From contig NC_068996.1 in the NCBI RefSeq assembly GCF_001194135.2, forward strand, positions 39,385,988 to 39,449,225: 63,238 bases of DNA, in the 5' to 3' direction. Below are positions 1 through 10,885 of the stretch, piece after piece; positions within the stretch are counted from its first letter, which is position 1, and each line of letters starts with the position of its first letter. Origin of the DNA: Octopus bimaculoides. Its lineage: Eukaryota. The notes under the pieces were generated by a model, which saw nothing but the letters and a program-made list of their open reading frames with translations, had not been told where the DNA came from and made no database searches. Made by a program: the position numbers and the translations under genes.

Positions 1-420
1 TATGTAGACAAAATTCATAACCATAACTTAATGATAGGTGAAGAACCCTGTTTTAATGAAGTTAAAGCATAAATAAAACTCATGTTAAATGTTGTGAATA
101 AACACTTTGTTTGTGTATATACATGTGTGCATATATGTATGTGTATATATATGTATATATAAAGCTTTTTAATTTCAAAGAAATAGCTATGTATTTAAAA
201 AACGGGTTACTTTTTGATCATTTAAAAGAATGACAAATTACGATGCCGAATTACTTTATTTCAGATTTTCGTGCTTTCTTTTTTTTTACCTATTTTTTTA
301 TTATTACATTTTATGGAAATGTATACCTTATCTTTTAATAAGACAAATACTCTAATAATATTTGAGCATTGTTAGATGTTGAATCTCTGTAAACTGTTTT
401 GAATCATTGACTGAGAGTTA

Positions 421-540
421 AAGTGGTATGATTTTCAAACAGGTGGTATGATTTTCAAACAGGTGGTATGATATTCAAACAGGTGGATGATTTTCAAACA
501 GGTGGTATGATACTCAAACAGCTGGATGAGCATGCAAACA
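421..540. repeat. 20-bp minisatellite (aggtggtatgattttcaaac), about 6 decaying copies
   Basis: Units start at 421, 441, 461, 481, 500 and ~520, degenerating to the right. Confidence 0.9.
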
Positions 541-602
541 GCAGAGTTGGCCTATCTACTTTAGTTTAATATTCTGCTGTTTCAGTTCTCTACTTGTATA
601 TA

Positions 603-1892
603 TTGGGTCATCCCATAAATAATGTGGTTTTTATTATACTTCTTTTATTTTTCAAAATTAAGATAAACAAGAGTTCTTTTTTAATCTAAAATATACTCTC
701 TTTCATTTTCTACAATGCTCTTCCATCTATCTGGTAGACTGACAAGGCACCACCCCTTCCAAAATTCGCTCATCTATGACAAAAAATACTCCTTTACTAC
801 TGTTCTGATCTTGTCTACAGAATTCATATTTTTTCCATCTAAATGATTTTGAAGACTGTGGATAAATGATATTCAGATGGGGCAATGTCCAGTGAATATG
901 ATGCGTGGGGCATCATTTCCCATTCAAACTGCTCCAGCCTTATGAATATCATCCTTACTGCATGTAGCTGAGCATTATCCTGATGAAAGAACACTTTTTG
1001 TTTTGAAACCAAAGATGGTTGTTTTTCTTCTAGTGCTGACTTAAGCCTTTCAAGCTACTCACAGTAGATCTCCTTTGTTATCATTTTGTTTGGGTTTAAA
1101 AGTTCAAAGTGGACTAAACCTTTCATATCCCACCAAACAGATAACAATACCTTACCTGGGTGAAGACCTTCTTCAGTCTATGGTAGCAGTGTTTCTCCTT
1201 TCCCTACTGACTGTCTTCAGCACTTGACATTTTATAGAGAACCCATTTCTTGTCACCAGTCACTATTCAGTTCAAAAGAGGTTCATTCGTGAGACTTGAC
1301 AGCAAAGAAGAGCACACATTCACTCTCTGCCCGCGATTAGACTTGGAAAGTTTGTGAGGAACCCATTGACCCGATTTGCTGACTTTTCCAATAGCACACA
1401 AGTATTGCTGAATGATTGAATGACCAAATCCAAACTTCTCTGCTAGTTCTTCAACGGTTACAATGGGATTTTCTTCCACTAGGGTTTGCAGGACATCCTC
1501 ATCAAGCTCTACAGATCTTCCAGGATAAAGCTTGTCTTCTAGGCTGTAGTTTCCAGCTCAGAATTTCTGGAACTACCATTGACACTGGCTTACACTTATT
1601 GTCCAATCCCCATATACTGCATGAATATTCATTGCACTTTCCGTTGCATTGTTCCCTTTATTGAACTCATAAAGCAAAACATGCCATATATGCTGCTTTT
1701 TCCCTTCTATTATAGCTTTGAAAAAATAACTGTTAAAATTGAACTGCACTCTTCAAAACTTACACTAAGAATAAGGACAAGGTAAAAATTACTACCCACT
1801 TTTATAGCAAATCGATGCAAGTAGCTTATCCCGTCCTCTGACTTTTAGTTCATGCAATTGAAAAAAGCCGCATTATTCATGGGATGACCCAA
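603..1892 (-). mobile_element. Full-length (1290 bp) mariner DNA transposon
   Basis: TIRs ttgggtcatcccataaataatgtggttttt (603-) and aaaaaagccgcattattcatgggatgacccaa (-1892); TA target duplication at 601-602 and 1893-1894; transposase motifs inside. Confidence 0.95.
681..1710 (-). pseudogene. Disrupted mariner DD34D-type transposase
   Basis: Minus-strand motifs HVLLYEFNKGNNATE, WVPHKL, IVTGDKKW, HQDNA, YSLDIAPSEYHL and C-terminal ENEREYILD*. Start ATG mutated to ATA; frameshifts present; third catalytic D reads E. Confidence 0.9.
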
Positions 1893-1942
1893 TATATAAA
1901 CGTTATTGCTTTCTCTCTCTCTCTTTCATATCTATCTATACA

Positions 1943-1974
<32 letters not shown>

Positions 1975-2002
1975 CCCCTTCCCTTCTCAAAAATTCTTCG
2001 TC

Positions 2003-2217
2003 TTGCAAAGTTACTTGGTGACCCTGCTAGTGCTGGTGCCATGTAAAAAGCACTTAGCCCACTCTATAGGACACTTGGTGTTGGGAAGGGCATCCAACTA
2101 TAAAGACCCTGCCAAAACAGACACAGCAACTTATGGTAGTCTTCTACCTGGCTGGCTCCTGTCAAACCGTCCAACCCATGACAACATGGAAGACGGATGT
2201 TAGATGATGATGATGAT
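2003..2217 (+). mobile_element. RTE-family LINE 3' end with (GAT)n tail
   Basis: gggcatcc...aaaccgtccaacccatg...gttagatgatgatgat matches the 3' ends of the ORF-bearing copies at 15988-17200 and 51843-53068. Confidence 0.8.
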
Positions 2218-2226
2218 ATGTATTTA

Positions 2227-2517
2227 CACCTCTTCCTTGACTTAAGACCATCCACACTTAGGACCACAAAAAAAATAAGGAAATAAAACAGTAGATAAAA
2301 AAATCAATTTTTGGATGTTGGGCAATTGCATGTACAATATGGCAGCATCTGGCAATGCCGGTCTCTCTCAGACCCAGACACTGCCACTAGCTTGCCTTCC
2401 ACTGTCTCTCACTCAATTTCTTTCAAGCATCAGTTGTGTTTGAATCCGACATATGACAAGATCATCTTACGACCAGTCAGTCAGAATGGAACTTGGTTGT
2501 AAGTCGAGGAGAAGGTG
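2227..2517. mobile_element. pogo/Tigger-like MITE (~290 bp)
   Basis: Imperfect TIRs cacctcttccttgacttaagacc / ggttgtaagtcgaggagaaggtg flanked by TA (2225-2226, 2518-2519). Confidence 0.65.
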
Positions 2518-2798
2518 TATATGGTTGTTTTTGGAACGAGTCTTCACACACACACACAAGTTTTAAAATTCTTATGGCATCAAAACACACACACACACAC
2601 ATGCTACTAATAATGGCATGCAAATATTGTGTCAAAAGTTTTAAAATTTCTATGGCATCAAAACACACACATACACACACACACAAATTATTGATCATAC
2701 ATACTGAATGTATGTACTTTGTCTGTTTGCCAGATTTGCTGCCGAAAAGTGCTTGGGGGCAAAACACCCAAAAGTCATAAGCAGGTGAGACAACTCAC

Positions 2799-2868
2799 CT
2801 TGGATTGAATTCAGGTGAAATATCGTTATCCATCACTCCTGAATTTGATCTGGGGCAAGTTGTCTCAT
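2799..2868 (-). CDS. Candidate small coding exon (one open frame: ETTCPRSNSGVMDNDISPEFNP)
   Basis: Strong donor AAG|GTGAGT at 2799/2798; AG acceptors at 2869-2870 or 2873-2874 after a long AG-free stretch; weak pyrimidine tract; unique sequence. Confidence 0.25.
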
Positions 2869-3036
2869 CTGTCTATGACTTTCAGGTGTTTCAGCACCCA
2901 GTATTATAAGGAAATAGTCCCCAGGTGTTATACCATAGTAAATTCAGTGAACAAGCAAAGCATGTACATTGAGAATGTGTGATTGATGATGTTTACATTC
3001 ATTAACACTGCTTTTAATTTGATATTGAGTATGAAG

Positions 3037-3238
3037 ATGGTGAGCTGGCAGAATTGTTAGCATGCCAGGCAAAATGCTTAGCGGTATTTTGTCTGTCTTC
3101 ATGTCCTAAGTTCAAATTCCACCACGGTTGACTTTGCCTTTCATTCTTTCAGGGTCGATAAATTAAGTACCAGTCATGTACTGGGTCAATGTAACCCTTC
3201 CCCCAAATTGCTGGCCTTGTGCCAAAATTTGAAATCAA
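3037..3238 (+). mobile_element. tRNA-derived SINE family A (gagctggcagaa...gttcaaattcc...tttcatcctttc)
   Basis: A-box/B-box head and shared body; roughly 18 full or partial copies in the window. Confidence 0.85.
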
Positions 3239-3942
3239 TTTGTTATTGTTTATGTATGTATGTATGTATGACAGTTTTTTTTTTTATATGCAAAAAAAGT
3301 TAAATGCCTGACATAAGTTATAATTGCATTTTTTTTTATAACTAGTTACCTCATTTTTTGAGATAAAAAATATATATTGAAGAATGCATGTTTTTATCTC
3401 TAAAACATAACATCTTCAATGAGAAAAAGGCCATCAAAACCATCCAGGAAAACTGTAGGATCCTACTTCTATCTGCAGTCAAGGGTTATATTACAATGGT
3501 CATGAGTTTGATAGAATTACACCAACAGAGGTTTTCTTGTAAGTAAGGTTAATAAGAATTTTAAAAATATCCCAACTGTATCTGCCAAATGGAAGATATC
3601 AGTTCTACTGCAAATGAAATCTGTTTTATTGACTATCAATACTACCAGCTTTATGCAACAGCCATTATAAGTTACCTCATGTGCAGGCTTCCCCTTCTAA
3701 AAGAAAACAAAATCCACAAAGAACTGTTGTTAATCATAGAAATTCAGCACGTCGTCCATTAAGCTATCTCCTGATTTGTATGAACCTGGTACAAGATTAA
3801 TTATATTGTGGTTTAAAAGACGAGACATTGTCTGTTGACAGATCTAGATTAATTTAAATATCAAAATCTCCATAAATATCAAAATAGCAACTGATATTGT
3901 GTTGTTAACATGCTACCAATTAGCAATTAGCTTTCATGTTTC

Positions 3943-4380
3943 ATCATCATCATTTAATGCCTGTTTTCAGTACTAGCATGGGTTGGTTGGTTCAACAGGA
4001 ACCAACAAACCAGAGGACTCTACCAAGCATGGTTTCTTATTTCTTTATTGCCAACAAGGGGCTAAACATAGAGGGGACAAACAAGGACAGACAAAGGGGT
4101 TAAGTCAATTACATCGACCCCAGTGCGTAACTGGTACTTAATTTATCGACCCCTAAAGGATGAAAGGCAAAGTCGACCTCGGCGGAATTTGAACTCAGAA
4201 CGTAATGGCAGACAAAATACCACTAAGCATTTTGCCCGGCGTGCTAATGTTTCTGCCAGCTCGCCGCCGAGCATGGTTTCTATTGCTGGATGCTCTTTCA
4301 AATGCCAACCACTTTACAGATTGTACTAAGTGTTTTATGTGTGTGTGTAGTACAAGCTCTAGTGAAGTCTCCAAGTAACT
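3943..4380 (-). mobile_element. RTE 3' end interrupted by a SINE A copy
   Basis: (CAT)n tail at ~3943; RTE 3' UTR resumes after 4270. Confidence 0.7.
4038..4269 (-). mobile_element. Young SINE family A with 12-bp TSD
   Basis: agcatggtttct duplicated at 4026-4037 and 4270-4281; intact head and A-rich tail. Confidence 0.92.
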
Positions 4381-5068
4381 CAAATCAAGACCTATCAAGT
4401 GAGTGGGGATATAATGCTGAAGGAGGTGAAAGTATGATGAAGTGGAAGGAATAGGTGTCTTGTTGAAGGAACAAAACATAGTGTGTGGTTTTTCTCATGT
4501 TTACATGTTTCAAACTACTTAACCTCTTAATACTTTCCTGTCATTTGTTCTTTGGTAATTGAAATTTACCAAATCAAAGGATAACTATGAGTCATCACCA
4601 GTACTACAAATGAGAATGAAGTCAAACTTCCTGTTTTTATATCAGTTCCACCTGGAGGAAGGTAGCTGGGTCTGTAACCTTCACAGACTATCTAAGACAA
4701 GAAATTGATTCTTTTAGCATTTACAAGTTTAACAGTTGCAGGGAAGGAATTCCATTGGGCCAATAATCTGGAGAGGAAGGATTCGGTGTAGTAGCTAGTG
4801 AAGTGTTAGGATGGTTGAACACTGCAAGTGGAGGTGGCATAAGACCAGCCGCCACTGTGGAAGTAAGACCATGATGATTGTGGTGGAATTGGTTGAGATA
4901 GAAGAAAGTGTGATGGTTGATCAGAGGCTGGAGTGCATTTGCGAGTGACTTCATACAAATCAGTCATTTGTCCTTTCTCTATATATAATCTTGGATGTCA
5001 TAGAAGACTTCAACAACTTAGATTTTAGAATGTTCAACACTAAAACATGCACCCTTGTTAAGATATAT

Positions 5069-5240
5069 AAAGGGGTTGCTGTAAAGTTCCTGGCTTTAAG
5101 GGTATTGTGAAAGGCCTGGCTGGAGGCCCGTCCTTCCGAGTTTTTTTTACAAGGCTTAGTAAAACTGAAAGACTGCTGTAATAAGTATGTGAATCTGAGA
5201 GGGGAATATGTTAAATAAAATCATAATTAACTGATCCTCT
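5069..5240 (+). mobile_element. Mariner-derived MITE (family F), right end missing
   Basis: Homologous to complete copies at 12753, 13806 and 14050. Confidence 0.8.
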
Positions 5241-5242
5241 CT

Positions 5243-5400
5243 CGGAGATTTGACACTTTTGCACTCTGGCAACACCAAAAGGTTGTCCAAAGTTCTTGTA
5301 GGCCATATGAACTCACAAAGTACTTCACTGTCCAGTTTATTCTAGAAAAAGAAAGTAACAAGTGCTTGTCATTCCTTGATGTACAGTTGTTACGAACCAG
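5243..5400 (+). pseudogene. Penelope-like element RT fragment
   Basis: Frameshifted DTFALWQH...HMNSQ...QFILEKESNKCLSFLDVQLLR resembles the PLE RT pattern YVDDTF...HLNS...QFT.E.E....LPFLDV. Confidence 0.65.
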
Positions 5401-5434
5401 CATATTGTGTATCTCACTCTCTACATACTATTAA

Positions 5435-6084
5435 TGTTTTAGCATTTAGATTACTCTGTCAAATGCAAAGCTTATTTATTCACATTGTTTTGAATTGACA
5501 ATCAGAAATTGATAGTTGCTGGGACTGAACCTGAGACCATTTGGTTAGGAACCAAGCTTCTTAACCACACATCCACGTCTGTGCATGGCTCAGTGTTTAG
5601 TGCATCAGGTTCACAGTCATGAGGTAGTGAGTCTGATTCCCAGACCGGGCTGTGTGTTGTGTTCTTGAGCAAGACACTTTATTTCACATTGCTCCAGTTC
5701 ACTCAGCTGCAGAAACGAGTTGCAATGTCACTGGTGCCAAGCTGTACTTGCCTTTCCCCTAGATAACACCAGTGGCACAGAGAGGGGAGGCTGGTATGCA
5801 TGAGTGACTGCTGGTTTTCCATATAAACAACCTTGCCAGGACTTGTGCCTCAGGGGGGAACTTTGTAGGTGTAATCCCAAGATCATTCATGACTGAAGGG
5901 GGTCTTTACCCATATATTTTAAAAATAACTATGTGTTATCTCGTAGCTGCAAGATTTTGATGATGTGATTATTTATTTTTAGAATGACTTTGAAGGGTAG
6001 GTGTGAGAGGCAAGATTTGGCCAGTTTGATAGTAAAGCAGGTAGAAAATTTAGGCTGGATATGGTCAGTTTAAATGCTAAAGGG
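5435..6084. mobile_element. piggyBac-type MITE (family I) split by two SINE insertions
   Basis: Starts after TTAA (5431-5434) and ends aatgctaaaggg; interrupted by a SINE B head (~5515-5584, minus) and SINE C (5581-5911). Confidence 0.7.
5581..5911 (+). mobile_element. tRNA-derived SINE family C
   Basis: Head gcatggctcagtg...gattccc, core tgtgttcttgagcaagacacttt, 3' end gaagggggtctttaccc; second copy at 48436-48992. Confidence 0.85.
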
Positions 6085-6169
6085 TTATGAAAGGAATTGC
6101 CAAATATCTACAAAATCAGTGAAAAGCAACCTGCATCAATGTATCTGATTAAGGAGAAGAAAATTGTTA

Positions 6170-6480
6170 TTTGTAAAGATTATGTGGAAGAAATACAGAG
6201 CTTATCATAGAAGACCTTCAGTTACTGTCATGCACAAAGCAGAGATTAAATTAATGTCTACATTACTGAAAGGGATTGAGAAAATTCAAAGAGTATGCCA
6301 GACCTATAATATCAGAACTGTGTTCAAAAGTAGCACTGCACTTCAAAGATTCTTTATCAAGAGTAATTAAACATAAAAGAGTGTCTCTATAGCATCAAAC
6401 ACATCATGTGGAAAGTAGTGGGGGGGGGGCAGAGAAAAGAAACATCAAATAGCCTTAATGAAAGGGAAAACATCTAAGTT
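6170..6480 (+). pseudogene. Penelope-like element linker / GIY-YIG fragment
   Basis: LLKGIEKIQRVCQTYNIRTVFKSSTALQR...SCGK...KKHQIALMKGKTSK resembles the PLE region LPY.KG.SEKI.RI...YNI...FK...C.CGK.YIG...KEHQ; probably the same element as 5243-5400. Confidence 0.6.
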
Positions 6481-7325
6481 AGGAAAGGCTCGGAGATAAA
6501 AAAAAGGTTTGAGAAAGGAAAATTATATATACTTCTACGAAATGAAATTTCTATATTTGATCGAAGACTGTCTCTTCTTTTGGGAGGTTAAAAATGTCAA
6601 AGAATCAATGCATTCAATTCTTGCTAGTGACCGAGTAAACCCAGCACTGTATGGTTCCTGAAATTGCAATATTAACAATGGTGGCCTAGTGATAAATAAG
6701 AGCTAGTATAGACATGAATGGTGAAAAAATATTTCACTTCTAAAATGAGGTTAACAGCAAAAAAAAAACAAAAAAAAAACTCTGAAAAAATTTTCTTTTC
6801 TAGTATGTCAAAGACTTATTTGTGTTTCACAAAATGTTATTTTGCTATGCTTTCTACTGGAGTGTATAATATTTGTATATAATATTATATATAGGTGTAC
6901 AATATATTTTTTTTATTTTAGTACCATACAGATGTTGGTTTTAATCCCTGCTTCAAGGCATTTTAGTTCATTTTTCAGTCTCTAAGACATCAACCTCAAT
7001 TTCCCATTTATTTCTGTAAATTATTGGGTGTATGACTCTTTTGACTATGCTAAGATTTCTTTTGCGTTGTTGTCTGTAAATCAAGGAAGCTAGGACTTAA
7101 CCTACATTCTGTAGTGCTGTGCAAATGAGGCAGGTTTTTAAAAAATAGTTGCATGTCACTTAAATATCATCATCATCATCGTCATCATCATCATCATCAC
7201 CACCATGCATGTTTTAATATTACATTTTAAAATTATCTCTGCAGGTTTTCTGTAGAAATTAGAACCAGCCCTGATTTACATTATTTACATTTGATGGATA
7301 TTCATCCTCATCTTGTTTGTTGTTA

Positions 7326-7368
7326 ACAACGTTTCGGCTGATATACCCCCCAGCCTTCATCAGGTGTC
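7326..7368 (-). ncRNA. Minimal type-I hammerhead motif (inverted copy)
   Basis: Minus strand gacac-CTGATGA-A-GGCTG..CAGCC-GAAA-CGTT; core perfect, helix I shortened by a 2-nt deletion. Confidence 0.7.
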
Positions 7369-7511
7369 TTGGGCATATGGCGTAGTGGTTAAGAGTGCAG
7401 GCTACTAACCACAAGATTCCAAGTTCTATTCCAGGCAATGACCTGAATAATAATAACAACAACATCAAAAAATACCTTAGGAATGAGAACCCAGGTTCGA
7501 AATTTCTCCAA

Positions 7512-7557
7512 GACACCTGAAGAAGGCTGGAGGGTATATCAGCTGAAACGTTGTGTT
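7512..7557 (+). ncRNA. Minimal type-I hammerhead ribozyme motif
   Basis: Helix I gacac/gtgtt; CUGAAGA 7517-7523 plus extra A; helix II ggctg/cagct; GAAA 7545-7548; palindromic ACGU helix III; GUU cleavage triplet. Confidence 0.75.
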
Positions 7558-7906
7558 AACAACAAACAAGATGAGGACAAATATCTGTCAAATGTAAATA
7601 ATGTAAAAAATTCCTCATCTCTTAAGAATAGAACTGCAACAAAAGAGATCTACTGCAAGCAGCTTGAGTGGCTTAAGTCAGCACTAGAAGAAAAACAGTA
7701 CTGATTTGTTACAATGTTTTGTGTATGAAATATGTCTATGTAATGTTGTAACAAATCTGTGCTGGATCTAATTTTTATAGATAATCTGTAGACATCACTT
7801 TAAAAAGTGATTGAATCGTACTGCTAACACTGGTGAGGAACAGTAATGACTTATACCTTTAAATATATTTGGTAGTAAAAGCAGCAAGTAGACAGAATCA
7901 TTAGAA

Positions 7907-8555
7907 GGTGGAGAGCTGGCAGAATCGTTAGCATGATGGGCGAAATGCTTAGCGGTATTTCGTTTGTCTTTACGTTCTGAGTTCAAATTCCGCTGAGGTT
8001 GACTTTGCCTTTCATCCTTTCAGGGTCAATTAAGTAAGTACCAGTTACGCACTAGGGTCGATGTAATCGACTTAATCCCTTTGTCTGTCCTTGTTTGTCC
8101 CCTCTGTGTGTAGCCCCTTGTGGGCAATAAAGAAATAAGAATCATTAGCATGCAGGGCAAAATTCTTTGTGGCATTTCATCCGTCTTTATGTTCTAAGTT
8201 CAAATTCTGCCGAGGTCAACTTTGCCTTTCATCCTTTCAGAGCCCATAAAAGAAGTATCAGTTGAGAGCTGGCGATTGACGGAATCATCTTACCTCTCCC
8301 CTCAAACTGCTGGCCTTGTGCTAAAGTTTGAAACCAATATCGGAGCTGGCAGATTCGTTAGCATGCCAGGCAAAATGCTTATCAGCATTTCTTCCATCTT
8401 TACATTCTGAGTTCAAATTCCAGTGAGGTCGACTTTGCCTTTCAGCCTTTCAGGGACTATAAAGTAAGTACCAGTTGCAAGCTGGGGGGTCAATGTAATT
8501 GACTTACTCCATCCCCTGAAATCGCTGGCCTTGTACCAAAATTTGAAATCAATAT
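7907..8555 (+). mobile_element. Head-to-tail trimer of SINE family A
   Basis: Units at ~7907-8140, ~8140-8340 and ~8340-8555, with different tail variants. Confidence 0.85.
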
Positions 8556-8723
8556 ACTTGGTAGTATGCTATGGTCACATGAGGAAACACAGTGTACTTG
8601 CTAACAATTAATCTTTATATATAAATATACAGAAATAATTTATTCTCAAATGCACAATAATGCTAATACAATAGCACAAACAGGATAAAACTATCCATAT
8701 ATTGCAGAAAAATTTGTTACCAA

Positions 8724-8793
8724 CCAGCCATGAGACTCAAACTCACGTCCCTGTGATTACACATCAAGTGCTTTACCTTTAAGCTAAACTGCC
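8724..8793 (-). pseudogene. Degenerate tRNA-like sequence flanked by 20-bp inverted repeats
   Basis: ggcagtttagctt..ggtaaagcac..tgtaatc..gtgagtttgagtctca has A/B-box-like segments and a poor acceptor stem; IRs at 8701-8720 and 8796-8815. Confidence 0.5.
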
Positions 8794-9545
8794 CAGTAAC
8801 GAATTGTTCTGCAATTTTAGGATTTATAAATCTATCTTTCAATACATCTTGACGCTTCTAAAGCAAACTTTGTTTACTTTCATCATAAGTTGAATTTATA
8901 TATAAATATTTTTTGTTCCAGTCTTGTAAGTATTGGAGACCTCATTTAAAACAGTGTATTCCCATGTAATCTCTCTTATCCATAACATTCAGTCTTGTGT
9001 ATTTTGAGCTAACTTCTTCACATTCAGTCTTTGAATTCTTCTTTGGTATGTATTTTTCTCACTGTAGTCTTGCACCAGCCAACAGTTTTTTTCTTTTTTC
9101 CTCTTTTTACTTTTAATTTTCTCAAGTTGTTTCTAAACATTGCATCTTGCATAACAACTCTTCCTCTTACACCCCACCTTCTTTTCACTCTCTGCAGAAG
9201 CTCCACATTCACAGCTATGGCCGTGTGTTGTTAAGAAGCTTGCTTTGCGACCCTTTGGTTTTGGGTTCAGTCCCACTGTGCAGCATCTTGGTGCAAGTGT
9301 CTAGAAGAACTGGATCCCCTACAGGGTAGTCAATAATCAGGTGTCCTATGCATATTTGAAAGACTCCACTATTTAATCTCTCTTTGATCCAGCTTACTAC
9401 TGCATCATGCAAGATACCCTCCATGGCTGCACAAACCAAGAAACTGTGATGGTTGCAGTACCATTGTAGGAGAGAAGTCCTTAGTGGAGTCTGTGGGCAG
9501 TAGAGCCTGAAAATTCAGTAGAACAAAAATATGTTGAAGCCTGTC

Positions 9546-10020
9546 CTCATCATCACCATCATCATCATCATCATCATCATCATCATTTAATGTCCATTTT
9601 CTATTCTTGCATGACTTGGATGGTTTGACCGGATTTAGTGAGTAGGAGAGCTGCACCAATTGTCTGCTTTAGCTTGGTTTCTATGGCTGGATGCCCTTCC
9701 TGACACCAACCACTCCACAGAGTGTACTGGGTGCTTTTTACATGGAATCAGCATGGATGCCCTATAAGTGGCACTAGCACAGGTGCTTTTTAAATGGCAC
9801 CTGCACAGGTGCTCTGTGTGTGGCACCAGCACAGGTGCTTTTTACACAGCACCTGCACAGATGCTCTGTATGTGGCACTTGCTCCATATGTGACACCAGC
9901 ACAGGTGCTTTTTACATAGCACCTGCACAGATGCTGTGTATTTGGCACCTGCTCCATATGTGACACCAGCAACCAGCACAGGTGCTTTTCATGTGACATC
10001 AACACAGGTACTTTTTATGC
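9546..10020 (-). mobile_element. RTE 3' end whose UTR has expanded into a hairpin minisatellite
   Basis: (CAT)n tail, ggatgcccttcc motif, then repeated gcacc(t/a)gcacaggtgc units at ~9765-10015. Confidence 0.75.
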
Positions 10021-10885
10021 AACACCAGTGTTGGTCATATATATCTGTGTGTTTGCGTTTATCCCCACTCACCAACTGACAACCAGTCTTGGTTTGTTTA
10101 TGTTCCCGTAACTTAATGGTTCGGCAAAAGAGACCAACAGAGTAAGTACCAGACTTTAATGCAAAAGTACTGGGATTGATCCTTTGATTAAAATTCCCAC
10201 AAAGCAGTGCCCCAACATGGTCACAGTTCAATGACTGAAATGAGTAAAAAAAAATTTAAAAAAAAACAAGATTTCCTTCTCATGCTACACTGCCATATAC
10301 TACCATACAGTGGTGATGATGGTGGTTGGGATTGTGGTTGTGATGGTGATGGGGTGATGGTGGTGATGGTGGTGGTAGTTGTGGTGGTTGTTGTAGTTAA
10401 CCACACCCACACATACCCACTTAAATAGACATCCATGCCTCACTCAATCTTTCCCATATAAGGATGGCAGCTCTTTAGGTATTTTCCGTTATCCACAGTA
10501 CTAAACAACATGCTGTTAATTGCACTTTTCTGGCATTATCTATGAATGCTACTTAGAAGACCCTACTTTTCAACTGCTTTTGGCAAGCAATACAGCCCTA
10601 CCGCAAGTTGGAGTACTCCAATTTTGGTGGGACGTGTGGGAGTCAGGAATTTACTTGAGAATCCTACTGTAATATTCAATTCTTTAAATTAAAACCTTGT
10701 GTGTTAGCTGACAGAAATTCTCTGCTATCATATCCCTGGTCATTATTTGTTATTAAGACATTTACTGAAGACAGCAAACTGGCACAATTGTTAACATGGG
10801 AGACAAATTACTTGGCAGCATTCCTTCTGGCCTTCATGTTTTGAGTTCAAATTCTGCTGACGCTGACTTCACCTTTCACTGTTAT

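Larger units (their letters stand above)
7276..7638 (+). mobile_element. tRNA-headed element with 3' hammerhead ribozyme and a 5' inverted copy of the hammerhead tail
   Basis: Arm 7276-7373 is the reverse complement of 7508-7606; tRNA-like head from 7371 (A box 7378-7388, B box 7423-7432); HHR cores on both strands; 3' hairpin gatgagga/tcctcatc. Confidence 0.8.

Noticed and set aside
421-540. Short direct repeats resembling a CRISPR array
   Set aside because: Contiguous units with no unique spacers; eukaryotic context; no cas genes.
975-1012. ctgatga...gaaa hammerhead-like string
   Set aside because: It is the antisense of the mariner HQDNA codons and has no helix I or III.
5581-5650. tRNA-like heads as tRNA genes (also 43217, 48436 and others)
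   Set aside because: They continue into SINE bodies and lack a proper cloverleaf.
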